Shown piece after piece: positions 7,893 through 17,287 of a stretch of 36,956 bases of DNA; the first letter of the stretch is position 1, and the number at the start of each line of letters is the position of its first letter. Source of the DNA: Candidatus Bathyarchaeota archaeon (GTDB lineage: Archaea; Thermoproteota; Bathyarchaeia; TCS64; B23). The position numbers and the translations under genes are program-made. The notes under the pieces are model-generated. The model was given only the letters and a program-made list of their open reading frames with translations. It ran no database searches and was not told the origin of the DNA. The DNA is taken from assembly GCA_021161045.1 (NCBI GenBank), contig JAGHBJ010000074.1:1-36956 (forward strand). The letters are read 5' to 3'.

Positions 7893-8505
7893 AATCGAAG
7901 GCGTCGAGATCATGGATGTAGTCGGGAGAGCCGAGTTTGAAAGATTTCTATGGAGATGTATCTCACCTATGCCCTATAGACGATATAGGAGGCGGGGTGA
8001 ATACCTAGAGAGGGCTATTCCAAGTGAGAAAGGAGATTCTATTCCTCCACGGCGATGCCGTAGGCCAGATCGAGTATGCGCCGCCGGAGGCCTCGGGCTA
8101 CCCGATAAGTGGAGAGGGATCTGGGTGATGAACTGTATCTGGGTTCTGAGGAGAGCTGGAGGTAGAGGCCTGGGGAGGATGCTCATGAATAGAATGCTGA
8201 GGAATATCGGGGAGGCTGCTGGCGTAGCCACCATCGCCCTAGAGGGGCATCACAGCCCCTGGCTTAAGCTGAGGCAGATGGAGTATCTCGGCTTCAAATC
8301 CATAGACCATAGGAGGCTTAGGCATAGGGTTAAGCGGAGAGACGTCTGCTTAACCCTCCACCTGATGTGGATGCCCCTGAGACCTGGGGCCAAGCCTCCG
8401 GAGATGGATTGGGCTGAGATGCTTAGGAGAGTCGACTTCTGCCTCGCCCATCCGCTATATAGGGCTGAGAGCTGGAGTCTCGACGTCGTCTATGAGCCAT
8501 GCTGA
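7879..8505 (+). CDS. GNAT-family acetyltransferase (YoaP-like) with an internally frameshifted segment; possible pseudogene
   Basis: NCIWV..R.GGRGLGRMLM acetyl-CoA motif is in frame, while 8024-8120 reads RKEILFLHGDAVGQIEYAPPEASGYPISGEG only in the +1 frame. Confidence 0.7.
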   Translation: MGVYRIEGVEIMDVVGRAEFERFLWRCISPMPYRRYRRRGEYLERAIPSEKGDSIPPRRCRRPDRVCAAGGLGLPDKWRGIWVMNCIWVLRRAGGRGLGRMLMNRMLRNIGEAAGVATIALEGHHSPWLKLRQMEYLGFKSIDHRRLRHRVKRRDVCLTLHLMWMPLRPGAKPPEMDWAEMLRRVDFCLAHPLYRAESWSLDVVYEPC

Positions 8506-9524
8506 TGGGGCTCGATGACCACCTTCAACGACTCACCGGCCCTCTCCACCAATCTGAAGCCCTCAGCTATTCGACCCAGGGGAAGTCGATGCGTAACCAT
8601 CTCCTCAGCCTCCACCCGCCCATATCTGATGAGATCAAGCGCCGTCAATAGATCGGATGGCGCCGCCGCATAGCTGCTGGTCATCGTCAGCTGCCTCATC
8701 CAGAAGTCGTTGAAATCGAGGGGGAGCTCCACCCCCGGCGGCGTCGGGGCGAAATAGAGTATGCGCCCCCCATCCTCAGCACAGCTGGCCGCAGCCTTAA
8801 TGGCTTCAAGAGCCGCCGTGCAGACTATCACCCTATCAGCTAGACGACCATCATTTGCCTCCCTAACCTGCTGGGATAGAGGCCTCCTCGCATCGAGAAC
8901 CACATCGGCCCCGAAGCGCTCGGCAGCCCTCATCCTATACTCATTTATATCCGCGGCGATGATGGGGCCGGCGCCCTTAACCCTGGCCAACTGTATGTGG
9001 AGTATGCCGGCCACTCCGCTTCCGATGATGAGAACCGAATCCCCAGGCCCAAGGCCTAGCTTCCTCTGACCCCTGACTACACAGCCCAAAGGCTCTATGA
9101 GGACTCCGTCGAGGAAGGAGACCTCAGGGGGGAGCTTGAAGACGCCTCTATCAACGTTGATGCGGGGCACCCTGGCATACTCGGCGAAGCCTCCAGGGTC
9201 TATGTTGGTTCTATGCAGCGTCTCACAGGCTGTATGCTCGCCTCGGAGGCATCTTCGACAGGTGTTGCAGGGGACGTGATGCGATACGAAGATTCGGTCT
9301 CCGACCTCGAAGCCCTCAACCCCCTCGCCGACCTCCTCGACGACGCCGACGACCTCATGCCCCAAAACCCTCGGAGCCTTAGGCACCCTATACCACTCCA
9401 TAACATCGCTGCCGCAGATTCCACAGGCTTCAACCCTCATCAGAAGCTCCCCAACCCCTATGCGGGGCAGAGGCATCTCAACGACCCGTATATCCCGATT
9501 GTTGTAGTAGAGGGCAGCCCTCAT
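8490..9524 (-). CDS. Zn-dependent medium-chain alcohol dehydrogenase (sorbitol/threonine DH-like)
   Basis: CGICGSD, GHE, CNTCRRC...C structural Zn site, EPLGC and GSGVAG Rossmann motif. Confidence 0.92.
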   Translation of the reverse strand: MRAALYYNNRDIRVVEMPLPRIGVGELLMRVEACGICGSDVMEWYRVPKAPRVLGHEVVGVVEEVGEGVEGFEVGDRIFVSHHVPCNTCRRCLRGEHTACETLHRTNIDPGGFAEYARVPRINVDRGVFKLPPEVSFLDGVLIEPLGCVVRGQRKLGLGPGDSVLIIGSGVAGILHIQLARVKGAGPIIAADINEYRMRAAERFGADVVLDARRPLSQQVREANDGRLADRVIVCTAALEAIKAAASCAEDGGRILYFAPTPPGVELPLDFNDFWMRQLTMTSSYAAAPSDLLTALDLIRYGRVEAEEMVTHRLPLGRIAEGFRLVERAGESLKVVIEPHQHGS

Positions 9525-9668
9525 ATCAGATGGATAGGGCCGCCAGGCTTAATTCCTTTCCCATAGAGGGAGGGGGTCTATCCCAGGGGAGTCAGATTTA
9601 AACTCCTCTTATAATTTGGAGCTCCATAATCCGCCGATTTCCCCTGGATTTCACATCCTTGTTCACGT

Positions 9669-10166
9669 TTAGAGGGGCCAGTGTATTCGCCTTGAGGTCG
9701 TATAGCGCTGCTTCCACCTCAAACCCAACCCGATCTCGACGACCTCTGGGAGTATATGCCTAACGAAGTGTTCACTTGGCCTTCCAGGTTTTATGCCCTC
9801 GCAGTGGGGGTCGAGGTAGATGTGGAGGGTTTTACCCCTATAATTGTAGGCTGAGCCGTCTTCACGACTGTATATGGGCCTCATATAGATTCTGAACGGA
9901 TAGAGCTTGCAGGCGAGGGGCTTCATCGATTGGAGGGTGCAGACCCATCGGCCTAGTATTGGTCTGAGGAACACACATCGATTATCAGGCCCCCTCCTCA
10001 GGTAGACCTTCCCCATCCCCACCTCGACGACGTCGTAGCCGTAGAGCTTCGTTATCCTGATATACTCATCCATCTTCAGCGGAACCCTATAGCCTATACA
10101 GCAGCGTCCGCAGGCGGTGCACTCCCATGTCCTCACCTCCCTCCAGGGGATGAGGCCCCTCTTCAT
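9669..10166 (-). CDS. YkgJ-family cysteine-cluster (CxxCxxCC) protein
   Basis: CTACGRCC...CVFL...CTLQ..KPLACKLYPF. Confidence 0.85.
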   Translation of the reverse strand: MKRGLIPWREVRTWECTACGRCCIGYRVPLKMDEYIRITKLYGYDVVEVGMGKVYLRRGPDNRCVFLRPILGRWVCTLQSMKPLACKLYPFRIYMRPIYSREDGSAYNYRGKTLHIYLDPHCEGIKPGRPSEHFVRHILPEVVEIGLGLRWKQRYTTSRRIHWPL

Positions 10167-10221
10167 CCGCAGAGAAGAGAGGGGAGATGCCTAAATATCT
10201 TACCTTAAGTTAAAACCTTGA

Positions 10222-10606
10222 TTGAGATGCCCTCAGCCTCACTTCATCTTCCTCGCGGAGACAGCTCTGGCTCTGTCGACGAATCGTAGACTTGGGCCAG
10301 AGTCACAGAGAGAGAGAGAGATCAGCCTTAGGATGTTAAGAGGGGGTTCTTCTGCTCCTAGAGATCTTCGTGGTCTCACCGGCCTTCAGCTCTCAGCCGA
10401 CATACTTGCTTGGCGTGATGGGTCTCGGATGGTGCTTCGACATCTACCTCCTTAGACATCGCTCAGACCCCAGGGCCTTAACCCTAAAGCTCATCGGCGT
10501 CGGCGTCCTGGCCCACATACTCTGGCTGCTGGTCAGATGGCTGAATGCCTATGTCACCCATCCCCACCTAGTCACAATCTGCTCAGGCGTCGGCAGGCCC
10601 GTGTGA
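10222..10606 (+). pseudogene. probable degraded membrane-protein gene remnant
   Basis: Hydrophobic coding-like pieces in two frames (FIFLAETALAL; VLLLLEIFVVSP...LIGVGVLAHILWLLVRW) joinable by a 1-nt slip in the G5 run at 10342-10346. Confidence 0.4.
10307..10321. repeat. (AG)7A dinucleotide simple repeat
   Basis: agagagagagagaga read directly. Confidence 0.85.
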
Positions 10607-10719
10607 CTTCCCAAATCTGGCTGTTGAATCTCTCTGAATATATCGTATATATTTTGAGGCTGGAAATACCGATTTTAGGCGCTCGACTTTTAAAGGCGTC
10701 TCAAATTAATTGATCAGAG

Positions 10720-11373
10720 ATGACCTTTCCTGTCGAGAGCGAGAATAGGGCTATGAGGAGTATGCTCATGCTCTACCAGGATCACGCGAGGCTACTCGTA
10801 GATATCTTCAGGAAGATTCTGGCGATGCTGGAGGCCATAAACTCCGATGATCCCTGCGACATGAAGGGGCTATTAGGGGAGCTGGAGGATCTCTATAGGA
10901 AGTCCCTGGAGCTGAGGGGAATGATGATAAAGGAGTTGAGGGAGGTCGGCCCCTTCCTCGTAGCTAGGGGAGACCTCTACATGCTGACGGCTAAATCCGG
11001 CGAACTCATCGATCACATCGAGGGCGTTGGAACCCTTCTAAGGGAGATCGTCGACAGGGGATGGAGAATTCCACGGGAGGTGGCGGAGGGCCTCATGGAG
11101 ATAGCGGAGGAAGTCTTCAACGCCCTTAAACGACTTAGAGAAGGGGTTTTAGCCCTCTCCTTCAGCCCTGAGAAGGCCGCCTCCATCGTCGAGGACATCG
11201 ATGAGGAGGAGAGGAAGGCCGACTCCCTCTATAGAAGCCTAGACCTGAAGATCATAACCAGCGGATTGGAGCTCCCCCTAATGCTCCTCCTCAGAGAGGT
11301 TGTGGAGCTCCTAGAGGGGACTATAGACAGGGTGAAGGAGGAGGCAGACATCATCAGGGTTATGGCCCTCTAG
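10720..11373 (+). CDS. DUF47 / PhoU-like helical phosphate-transport regulator
   Basis: All-helical, RGDLY..L, EERKADSLYR and LLLREVVELLE patterns; 217 aa. Confidence 0.8.
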   Translation: MTFPVESENRAMRSMLMLYQDHARLLVDIFRKILAMLEAINSDDPCDMKGLLGELEDLYRKSLELRGMMIKELREVGPFLVARGDLYMLTAKSGELIDHIEGVGTLLREIVDRGWRIPREVAEGLMEIAEEVFNALKRLREGVLALSFSPEKAASIVEDIDEEERKADSLYRSLDLKIITSGLELPLMLLLREVVELLEGTIDRVKEEADIIRVMAL

Positions 11374-11931
11374 GTGTCGAGGTTGCCTGAGCCGATAGCG
11401 GAGGTTGAAGCCCTAAGGGATAGCAGACTCATTGTCTGGTCTAGGGAGGAGAGCAGACACCTCTACTGGCAGGGATACTATGGCAAGCCCCTCGGCATAT
11501 CTAAGCCCAAGAGAGATTTCGATGCCCCCCTCCTCCTAGACCCCATCGAGGGCCTCTACCTCCTAGAGAAGGGCCTCATCAGGGTCAGGGGATCCGATGG
11601 AGAGATGAATGTAGAAGAGCTGCGCTCCATAGCGAGGGAGACGATGGAGCGCTTCGACGAGAAATACCTCGTCTACAAGGATCTGAGGGATAAGGGCTAC
11701 ATAGTGACCCCAGGCATTAAATATGGCTGCGACTTCGCCGTCTACCGCTATGGACCTGGGATCGATCACGCACCTTACATCGTGGAGGTTCGAAGAGTTG
11801 ATGAGGAGATCTCCGCCTCGGAGATCGTGAGATCCGGCCGATTAGCGACAACGGTGAGGAAGACCTTCATAATCGCCGCCGTCGAGGGGAATAAAGTTAG
11901 ATACTTGGGCTTCGAGTGGTGGAGGGCTTGA
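11374..11931 (+). CDS. endA: tRNA-intron endonuclease, catalytic (alpha) subunit
   Basis: VYKDLRDKGY, GIKYGCDFAVY, HAPY and RLATTVRK (Tyr-His-Lys triad); GYYGKPLG..KPK loop. Confidence 0.93.
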   Translation: MSRLPEPIAEVEALRDSRLIVWSREESRHLYWQGYYGKPLGISKPKRDFDAPLLLDPIEGLYLLEKGLIRVRGSDGEMNVEELRSIARETMERFDEKYLVYKDLRDKGYIVTPGIKYGCDFAVYRYGPGIDHAPYIVEVRRVDEEISASEIVRSGRLATTVRKTFIIAAVEGNKVRYLGFEWWRA

Positions 11932-11935
11932 CGCT

Positions 11936-12913
11936 CTAAATCTCCCTGCTCACACCCCTCTCCCTAGCCAGCCTATAGACCTTATAGGCGGTTCCGACAT
12001 CCTGTATAGCCAGCCCCGTCGCCTTGAAGAGGGTTATCTCCTCGTCGCTCTCCCTCCCAGGCTTCAAACCCGCGACTATCTCACCCATCTCGGCGTAGAC
12101 ATCCTCCTCCCTTATAGCCTCCTCCTTCAAGGGTATGGCAAAGTCGCCGACGATGAAGGCTTGAGGCTTGAAATCCACAACGATCTTATCAGCCCTCGTT
12201 AGGACGCTGGTCTCAAGCTCCCTCTTCGCTGCGGTGTCAGCCCCTATGGCTGAGATATGAACTCCAGGGCTGAGCATATCGCCGCTTAGGAAGGGCCTCT
12301 GAGACGGGGTACAGGTGACGATTATATCCGCATCCTTCACGGCCTCCTCCACTGACTCGGCCTCCCTGATGTCTATGCCCGTCTTCCTGCTCATCTCCTC
12401 TACGTAGCGCTTCCTCGCGGAGGGGATGACGTCATAGACCTTCACCTCCTCTATGGGTCTGACCTCGCAGAGGCCGAGGAGCTGTGAGCGGCCCTGGACT
12501 CCGCAGCCGATGATGGCTGCCGTCTTCGATTTCTCCCTGGAGAGATATTTGGCTGCGACGGCTCCCGCAGCCCCTGTTCTCATCGCCGTGATGTAGGTTC
12601 CATCCATTATGGCGAGGGGCTCCCCCTTCGCGGGGTCGTTGAGGATGATGCGGGCGATGACGGCTGGCAGTCCATGCTTCTTTGGATTGTCGGGGTGGAC
12701 GGTCACCACCTTGAGTCCTGCTGCGTCCAGCGGCTTTATATAGGCTGGCATAGCTATGAGGATCCCATTGTATTTCTCGAAGTGGAGGTAGACTCTCGGC
12801 GGCATCTCTATGTTGCCTAAGGCCATCTCCCTGAAGGCTGACTCCACCGCCTCTATGGCTCCCTTCATGTCTAGCAGTGATTCAACCTCCTCCTGTGTAA
12901 GGTATAGGGTCAT
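11936..12913 (-). CDS. ornithine cyclodeaminase / mu-crystallin family (archaeal alanine dehydrogenase-like)
   Basis: [33 protein letters not shown] and TGLAIQD motifs. Confidence 0.9.
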   Translation of the reverse strand: MTLYLTQEEVESLLDMKGAIEAVESAFREMALGNIEMPPRVYLHFEKYNGILIAMPAYIKPLDAAGLKVVTVHPDNPKKHGLPAVIARIILNDPAKGEPLAIMDGTYITAMRTGAAGAVAAKYLSREKSKTAAIIGCGVQGRSQLLGLCEVRPIEEVKVYDVIPSARKRYVEEMSRKTGIDIREAESVEEAVKDADIIVTCTPSQRPFLSGDMLSPGVHISAIGADTAAKRELETSVLTRADKIVVDFKPQAFIVGDFAIPLKEEAIREEDVYAEMGEIVAGLKPGRESDEEITLFKATGLAIQDVGTAYKVYRLARERGVSREI

Positions 12914-12962
12914 CTAAATGCACCGAAAAATGGTGGGTCTCCCATATCCTTAATACTATCGC

Positions 12963-13733
12963 TCACTGGGTGAAGCACTCCCCCTCGACGAAGACCCTTG
13001 AAAGCTCTGCGTATAGCTCTGTGAAACCCATGTAGGTCTTAGATGAAACCGGTATGGGGGAGAACTCCATCCCAAGCCTGTTGATGATCTCCATCATGTC
13101 CTGGCTGATGACCCTATCCATCTCCGAGACCTCTCTGCCGACGGCATCCTGTAATAGAGCCGGATCCTCAGACCAGCGTTGAATCTCCTCCAACTCGGCT
13201 TCGCTGAGTAGGTCGGCCTTCGAGAGTATCGGTATGAGGGGTAGCAGAAACCTGTTGGCGATGGCTGAGGCGATGAACATGTTCATCACATAGTTGAGGG
13301 GGTTTCGGCAGTAGGTGGCGTCGAAGAGATAGATGATGCCCTTAGGCTCATCGGATAGGCCCTCCGCGATCTTGACGCCTATATCTCTAAAGGCGAAGAG
13401 CTCCATCTGTCCAGGGGTGTCGAGGACGACGAGGTCTGGGTCGAAGGACTCGATCTCCCTGGCGAGCTTATTGATGATCTCTATCATCATGTCGCAGGCA
13501 TAGACCAATCCCCCATTCGGCCCCAGGCCGTAGCGCTCCATCACCTCCTCGACGGTTATGTAGTCCCTCACATCGACGTTCGCCGGATAGGGGACGATGA
13601 TGGCCCCTGGATCGAGATTGACGGCTAGCACATCCTCCCCCTGGATCTCCAGCCATCTGGTGAAGGATGCTGTCAGCTCCGTCTTCCCCGAACCCGCCGT
13701 GCCTATGATGAAGGCGAGGTTCAAAGCCCTCAC
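12963..13733 (-). CDS. GPN-loop GTPase
   Basis: GTAGSGKT, NLDPG, LGPNG, DTPGQME and SKAD motifs. Confidence 0.93.
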   Translation of the reverse strand: MRALNLAFIIGTAGSGKTELTASFTRWLEIQGEDVLAVNLDPGAIIVPYPANVDVRDYITVEEVMERYGLGPNGGLVYACDMMIEIINKLAREIESFDPDLVVLDTPGQMELFAFRDIGVKIAEGLSDEPKGIIYLFDATYCRNPLNYVMNMFIASAIANRFLLPLIPILSKADLLSEAELEEIQRWSEDPALLQDAVGREVSEMDRVISQDMMEIINRLGMEFSPIPVSSKTYMGFTELYAELSRVFVEGECFTQ

Positions 13734-14773
13734 CCAGATATGAACTCCTCAAACAGTCTATGAGCCTCACTCAACCTGAACCGTTTAGGGGGATTCTTGA
13801 AGGCGTAAGCTGAGATGGGGATGATGACTCCGCTTAGACCCCTGTCGAGGGAGAGCTTCACCGCCCTTATCACATCGAGGAGGACGGAGCCGGCGTTTGG
13901 AGCATCAACGGTTCCCAGCTTGAGATCGATGGTGAAGGTGGCGCCGCCGAAGTAACGGCCCTTAACCCAGAGGAAGCTGTCCCTGGAGTTGCCTAGGAAG
14001 TCGACGTAATCCGTGGAGCCTGAGACTATGGGGAACTCGTAGGGGATTGAGGTGGCGACGGCCTGGGTCTTGATCCTCCTCTTCTCCTCCCTCACCCTGG
14101 CTAGGGTGTTGAGAGCCTCCATTCCGCCGCCGACGTCTAGCTGGAAGCTCTCCTCGATGCGGACACCTCTCATGTGTAGAAACTCTAGGAGGGCCATGTG
14201 GAGGGCTGTCGCGCCCACCTGGTCTAGGAGGTCGTCGCCCACGAGGGGCAGCTTAGACGCCTCGAATTTCTCAGCCCAGGCTGGGTCGCTGGCTATCTCG
14301 GCTGGAGTGACGTTTATGAAGGCGCATCCGGCTTTGAGGGCTGCCTCGGCGTAGAACCTCGACGCCTCTTCCGCTCCACCTGAGATTAGGTTTACCAGCA
14401 TATCTGCTCCGCTTTTCTTCAGCTCCTCGGCTACATCCACCTCCTCATCCCCTGAGACCATTATGAGCTCCTTTGTGAGGTCGCTTACGCCGTCTAGGAC
14501 AGGCCCCTTCTTAACCTCGACGCCTAGCCTTGGAACCTCCATGAATTTAGGGGCTTCATTAACCTCGCTGAAGATGGCCTCTGAGAGGTCTCGGCCAACC
14601 TTTCTACTGTCGATGTCGAAGGCTGCGACGAACTCGATGTCGTCCACCCTGTATCCGCCGACATTCTCATGTAGCAGACCTATAGGCTCCGCCTCCCTAT
14701 AATAGTAGACTCCTTGGACGAGGGCTGAGCAGCAGTTTCCAACACCCGCCACGGCAACCCTTATTCTTCCCAT
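13730..14773 (-). CDS. ino1: myo-inositol-1-phosphate synthase family protein (divergent)
   Basis: GVGNCCSALVQG, AAFDID..KVG.DL.EAI, GDD...QVGAT, KTQAV, D.PN and FK.PP motifs. Confidence 0.85.
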   Translation of the reverse strand: MGRIRVAVAGVGNCCSALVQGVYYYREAEPIGLLHENVGGYRVDDIEFVAAFDIDSRKVGRDLSEAIFSEVNEAPKFMEVPRLGVEVKKGPVLDGVSDLTKELIMVSGDEEVDVAEELKKSGADMLVNLISGGAEEASRFYAEAALKAGCAFINVTPAEIASDPAWAEKFEASKLPLVGDDLLDQVGATALHMALLEFLHMRGVRIEESFQLDVGGGMEALNTLARVREEKRRIKTQAVATSIPYEFPIVSGSTDYVDFLGNSRDSFLWVKGRYFGGATFTIDLKLGTVDAPNAGSVLLDVIRAVKLSLDRGLSGVIIPISAYAFKNPPKRFRLSEAHRLFEEFISG

Positions 14774-14823
14774 ATTCCCTCACCTTTGGGGTGGTTAATG
14801 ATGGGAAGCGGCTATATAAAGCC

Positions 14824-15282
14824 TCATCTCTCATCGGAGAGGGATTTCTCCATCTTTAAGGCTGTAAGCCCCCAATAGTAGCGTTTCAACATCCCCGTCT
14901 CCCTGTAGCCTAGATGCCTATAGAAGGCCTTAGCCCCCTCATTCCCCTCCCTAACCTCCAGCCTCACCTTCTCAGCTCCAAGCTCCCTGAATATGCGCTC
15001 GATCTCCCTCATCAACTGCGTCCCGATGCCCCGCCTTCTATAGGCTTCATGAACCGCGATGTTAACCACATGTCCCACCTTAACGCCATCATCCTCCTCC
15101 ATCTCCCCCATAACATATCCGATGACCCTTCCATCGGCTATGGCGACGAGGAAGAGGTGGGGCGTAACTCTATAGAAGTGGATGAAGACTCCTCTTGACC
15201 AGGGCCATAGGAAGGAGCGTCGCTCTATGGCGTAGACCTCATCCAAATCCTCAGGTTTGAAGGGCCTGATCTCGATGCTCAT
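14824..15282 (-). CDS. rimI: RimI/Ard1-type protein N-acetyltransferase
   Basis: IERRSF..PWS, HVVNIAVH..YRRRGIG, LEVREGN..A..FY..LGY and YY motifs; start MSIEIR at 15282. Confidence 0.9.
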   Translation of the reverse strand: MSIEIRPFKPEDLDEVYAIERRSFLWPWSRGVFIHFYRVTPHLFLVAIADGRVIGYVMGEMEEDDGVKVGHVVNIAVHEAYRRRGIGTQLMREIERIFRELGAEKVRLEVREGNEGAKAFYRHLGYRETGMLKRYYWGLTALKMEKSLSDER

Positions 15283-15283
15283 C

Positions 15284-16306
15284 TCAACACCTTCCCAGGA
15301 GGCTTCTCCCCAATTGGAATAGGCCTCCAAGGGTGAAGGAGAACCCCCTCAAGACATCTAGGAGGGGGTAGAGAAACATCTTCCTCATCCTCTTAGACCT
15401 AATGGCCGTCCGAGCGTAGAGGATCATGTGAAGCGTGTAAACTGAGACCGCCAGGGTGAGGAGAATCCTTAGAAGCTTAGGTATAAGCGTCAGGCCTAGG
15501 GCTAGGAGGAAGATGGATAGGAAGAGGAGGATGGTTGTGGAGAAGAGGTAGGCTGAAAACCACCTGGCGAGGCGGCTCGCTCTCTTATGGATGAGGAGCA
15601 AAGATCCACCTCGGCCATAGTTGAAATGCTGCTTAACGAGGCCCCACAGCGTCGTCCTATGCTTATGCCATACAAATACCCTGGGATCAAGTATGATTCG
15701 GAATCCCCTAAGGCTGAGCTCCTCAACCGGCTCTAGATCGTCGAAGCCATAATAGATTCTTTCGTCGAAGAGGTCGATCTTCTCAAGGGCATGCCTCCTA
15801 AAGGCCATGTTACATCCAGCTGGGAAACATAGCATCTTGAGATCCGTGGTTTCATAGCGGTTTGAGAAGCTTGGAACGGCGTGGAAGAAGGTCTCATCCA
15901 TATAGACTGATAGGAAGTTATCCCTCCGATAGCCCTTGACGAGGCCTCCGACGAATCCGACGGAGGGATCCCTGAAGTTCTCTATTATGGCTCTAATCCA
16001 GTTCGATGGGACGACGCAGTCTCCATCAGTGAAGGCTATGATCTCCCCCTTCGAGTATCTAACGCCGGTATTCCTAGCGGCGTTTAGACCCCTCCCCTCC
16101 TCCTCCAACAGTCTAACCGGATATCTCTTAACGATCTCCCTCGTTCCATCAGTCGATCTGCCATCTACAACGATTATCTCCAGTTTCTCTCGATTATATT
16201 CAAGCCTCATAAGTGAATCCATGAGTTCCCCTATTGTGTCAGCGGAGTTCTTCACCGGAACGATGATGGAGACGTAGGGCTCGTAGTGGCCCTCTGGCAT
16301 GCCCAT
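15284..16306 (-). CDS. family 2 glycosyltransferase with C-terminal TM helices
   Basis: VSIIVP, VVDGRSTDGT, ARNTG, FTDGD and GCNMAFR motifs. Confidence 0.92.
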   Translation of the reverse strand: MGMPEGHYEPYVSIIVPVKNSADTIGELMDSLMRLEYNREKLEIIVVDGRSTDGTREIVKRYPVRLLEEEGRGLNAARNTGVRYSKGEIIAFTDGDCVVPSNWIRAIIENFRDPSVGFVGGLVKGYRRDNFLSVYMDETFFHAVPSFSNRYETTDLKMLCFPAGCNMAFRRHALEKIDLFDERIYYGFDDLEPVEELSLRGFRIILDPRVFVWHKHRTTLWGLVKQHFNYGRGGSLLLIHKRASRLARWFSAYLFSTTILLFLSIFLLALGLTLIPKLLRILLTLAVSVYTLHMILYARTAIRSKRMRKMFLYPLLDVLRGFSFTLGGLFQLGRSLLGRC

Positions 16307-16355
16307 TTAGTTGGAGGGAGGGGAGTTTTTTAAGGTGAGCGATAAATAAACCTCT

Positions 16356-17273
16356 CTAGGGCTGGCCGCCTCCATCCGCCTCTACATAGCTCACCCAGGG
16401 GAACCTTCTAAGGGAGTATTCGTAGACCCCCCTATTCTTATGGTATCTATTCCCTATGAGTAGCGTCTCCTTCCCGAGGATGGCGGCGAGGATGGCGACG
16501 TGGAGCCTATCCGTATAGACCCTATCCGCGTTGGCTATGATTGAGACGAAATCCTTGAAGCTCCCCCTCTTGGATATATCCATCACCAGGGGGTTCACAG
16601 CCTCGTTTAGGATGCTCCTCCTCAAGTCGCGTGATATCGCCGACTCTCTGTCGTCTCTGAGGCAGATGAGGTCGTAGTCATCCTCAACAGGCTCTATGTA
16701 GTCCTCTAGGTCTTCAGCCTCTAGGTAGAGGGCTGTATCCTCGGCGAGGAGAACCTCCACGGATGGGGGGACGCCGATCTCGGTGAGGTGTCTATGACTG
16801 TAAGGTTCACGACAGAAGAGAGTGATGCTCCTCCCCCCGCGTAGAAGCTCCATAAAGCCGCTGTCTCTGAACCAGTAGCTCTGGGGGGCGACGACTATCG
16901 GCTTATCATGCTTCAAGGCCTCCATCATGAGGGCTGGGCCATACCATAGGTCATTCATATAGCCTCCACCCTCGAAGAGGAGGAGGTCGAAGCCCTCAGC
17001 ATCTAGGAGTTTGAAGATCCATCTGAGGCCGAGTCTCCAGGAGGCGATATTCATCAGATACTTAAGGCCTAGGAGGGGTCTCCTCCACCCCTCCCTCTCA
17101 AGGTTTATAGCCTCAAACTCTATTCCAAGTTCCCTCAGCTTCTTCTCCAATCCCATGTGAATGAGGGTGTCGCCATGATTTCCACCTGGAGAGATGACGA
17201 GGATCCTGTCATCGCCGTGGCTGTGGAGATATCTCTCGAAGTTATCCATCAAATTATTATTCAATTTAAACAT
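16356..17273 (-). CDS. polysaccharide pyruvyl transferase family protein
   Basis: GNHGD, GGGY.NDLW, PQS, CRE, DTA, TDRLH.AI.A and N.YHK motifs; true start may be MDNF at 17249. Confidence 0.85.
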   Translation of the reverse strand: MFKLNNNLMDNFERYLHSHGDDRILVISPGGNHGDTLIHMGLEKKLRELGIEFEAINLEREGWRRPLLGLKYLMNIASWRLGLRWIFKLLDAEGFDLLLFEGGGYMNDLWYGPALMMEALKHDKPIVVAPQSYWFRDSGFMELLRGGRSITLFCREPYSHRHLTEIGVPPSVEVLLAEDTALYLEAEDLEDYIEPVEDDYDLICLRDDRESAISRDLRRSILNEAVNPLVMDISKRGSFKDFVSIIANADRVYTDRLHVAILAAILGKETLLIGNRYHKNRGVYEYSLRRFPWVSYVEADGGGQP

Positions 17274-17287
17274 CTCTAACTGCTATC

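Noticed and set aside
10200-10700. Possible RNase P, SRP or tRNA gene in the poorly coding gap
   Set aside because: No GAGGAAAGUCC, SRP helix-8 or T-loop GTTCRA cloverleaf signature found on either strand
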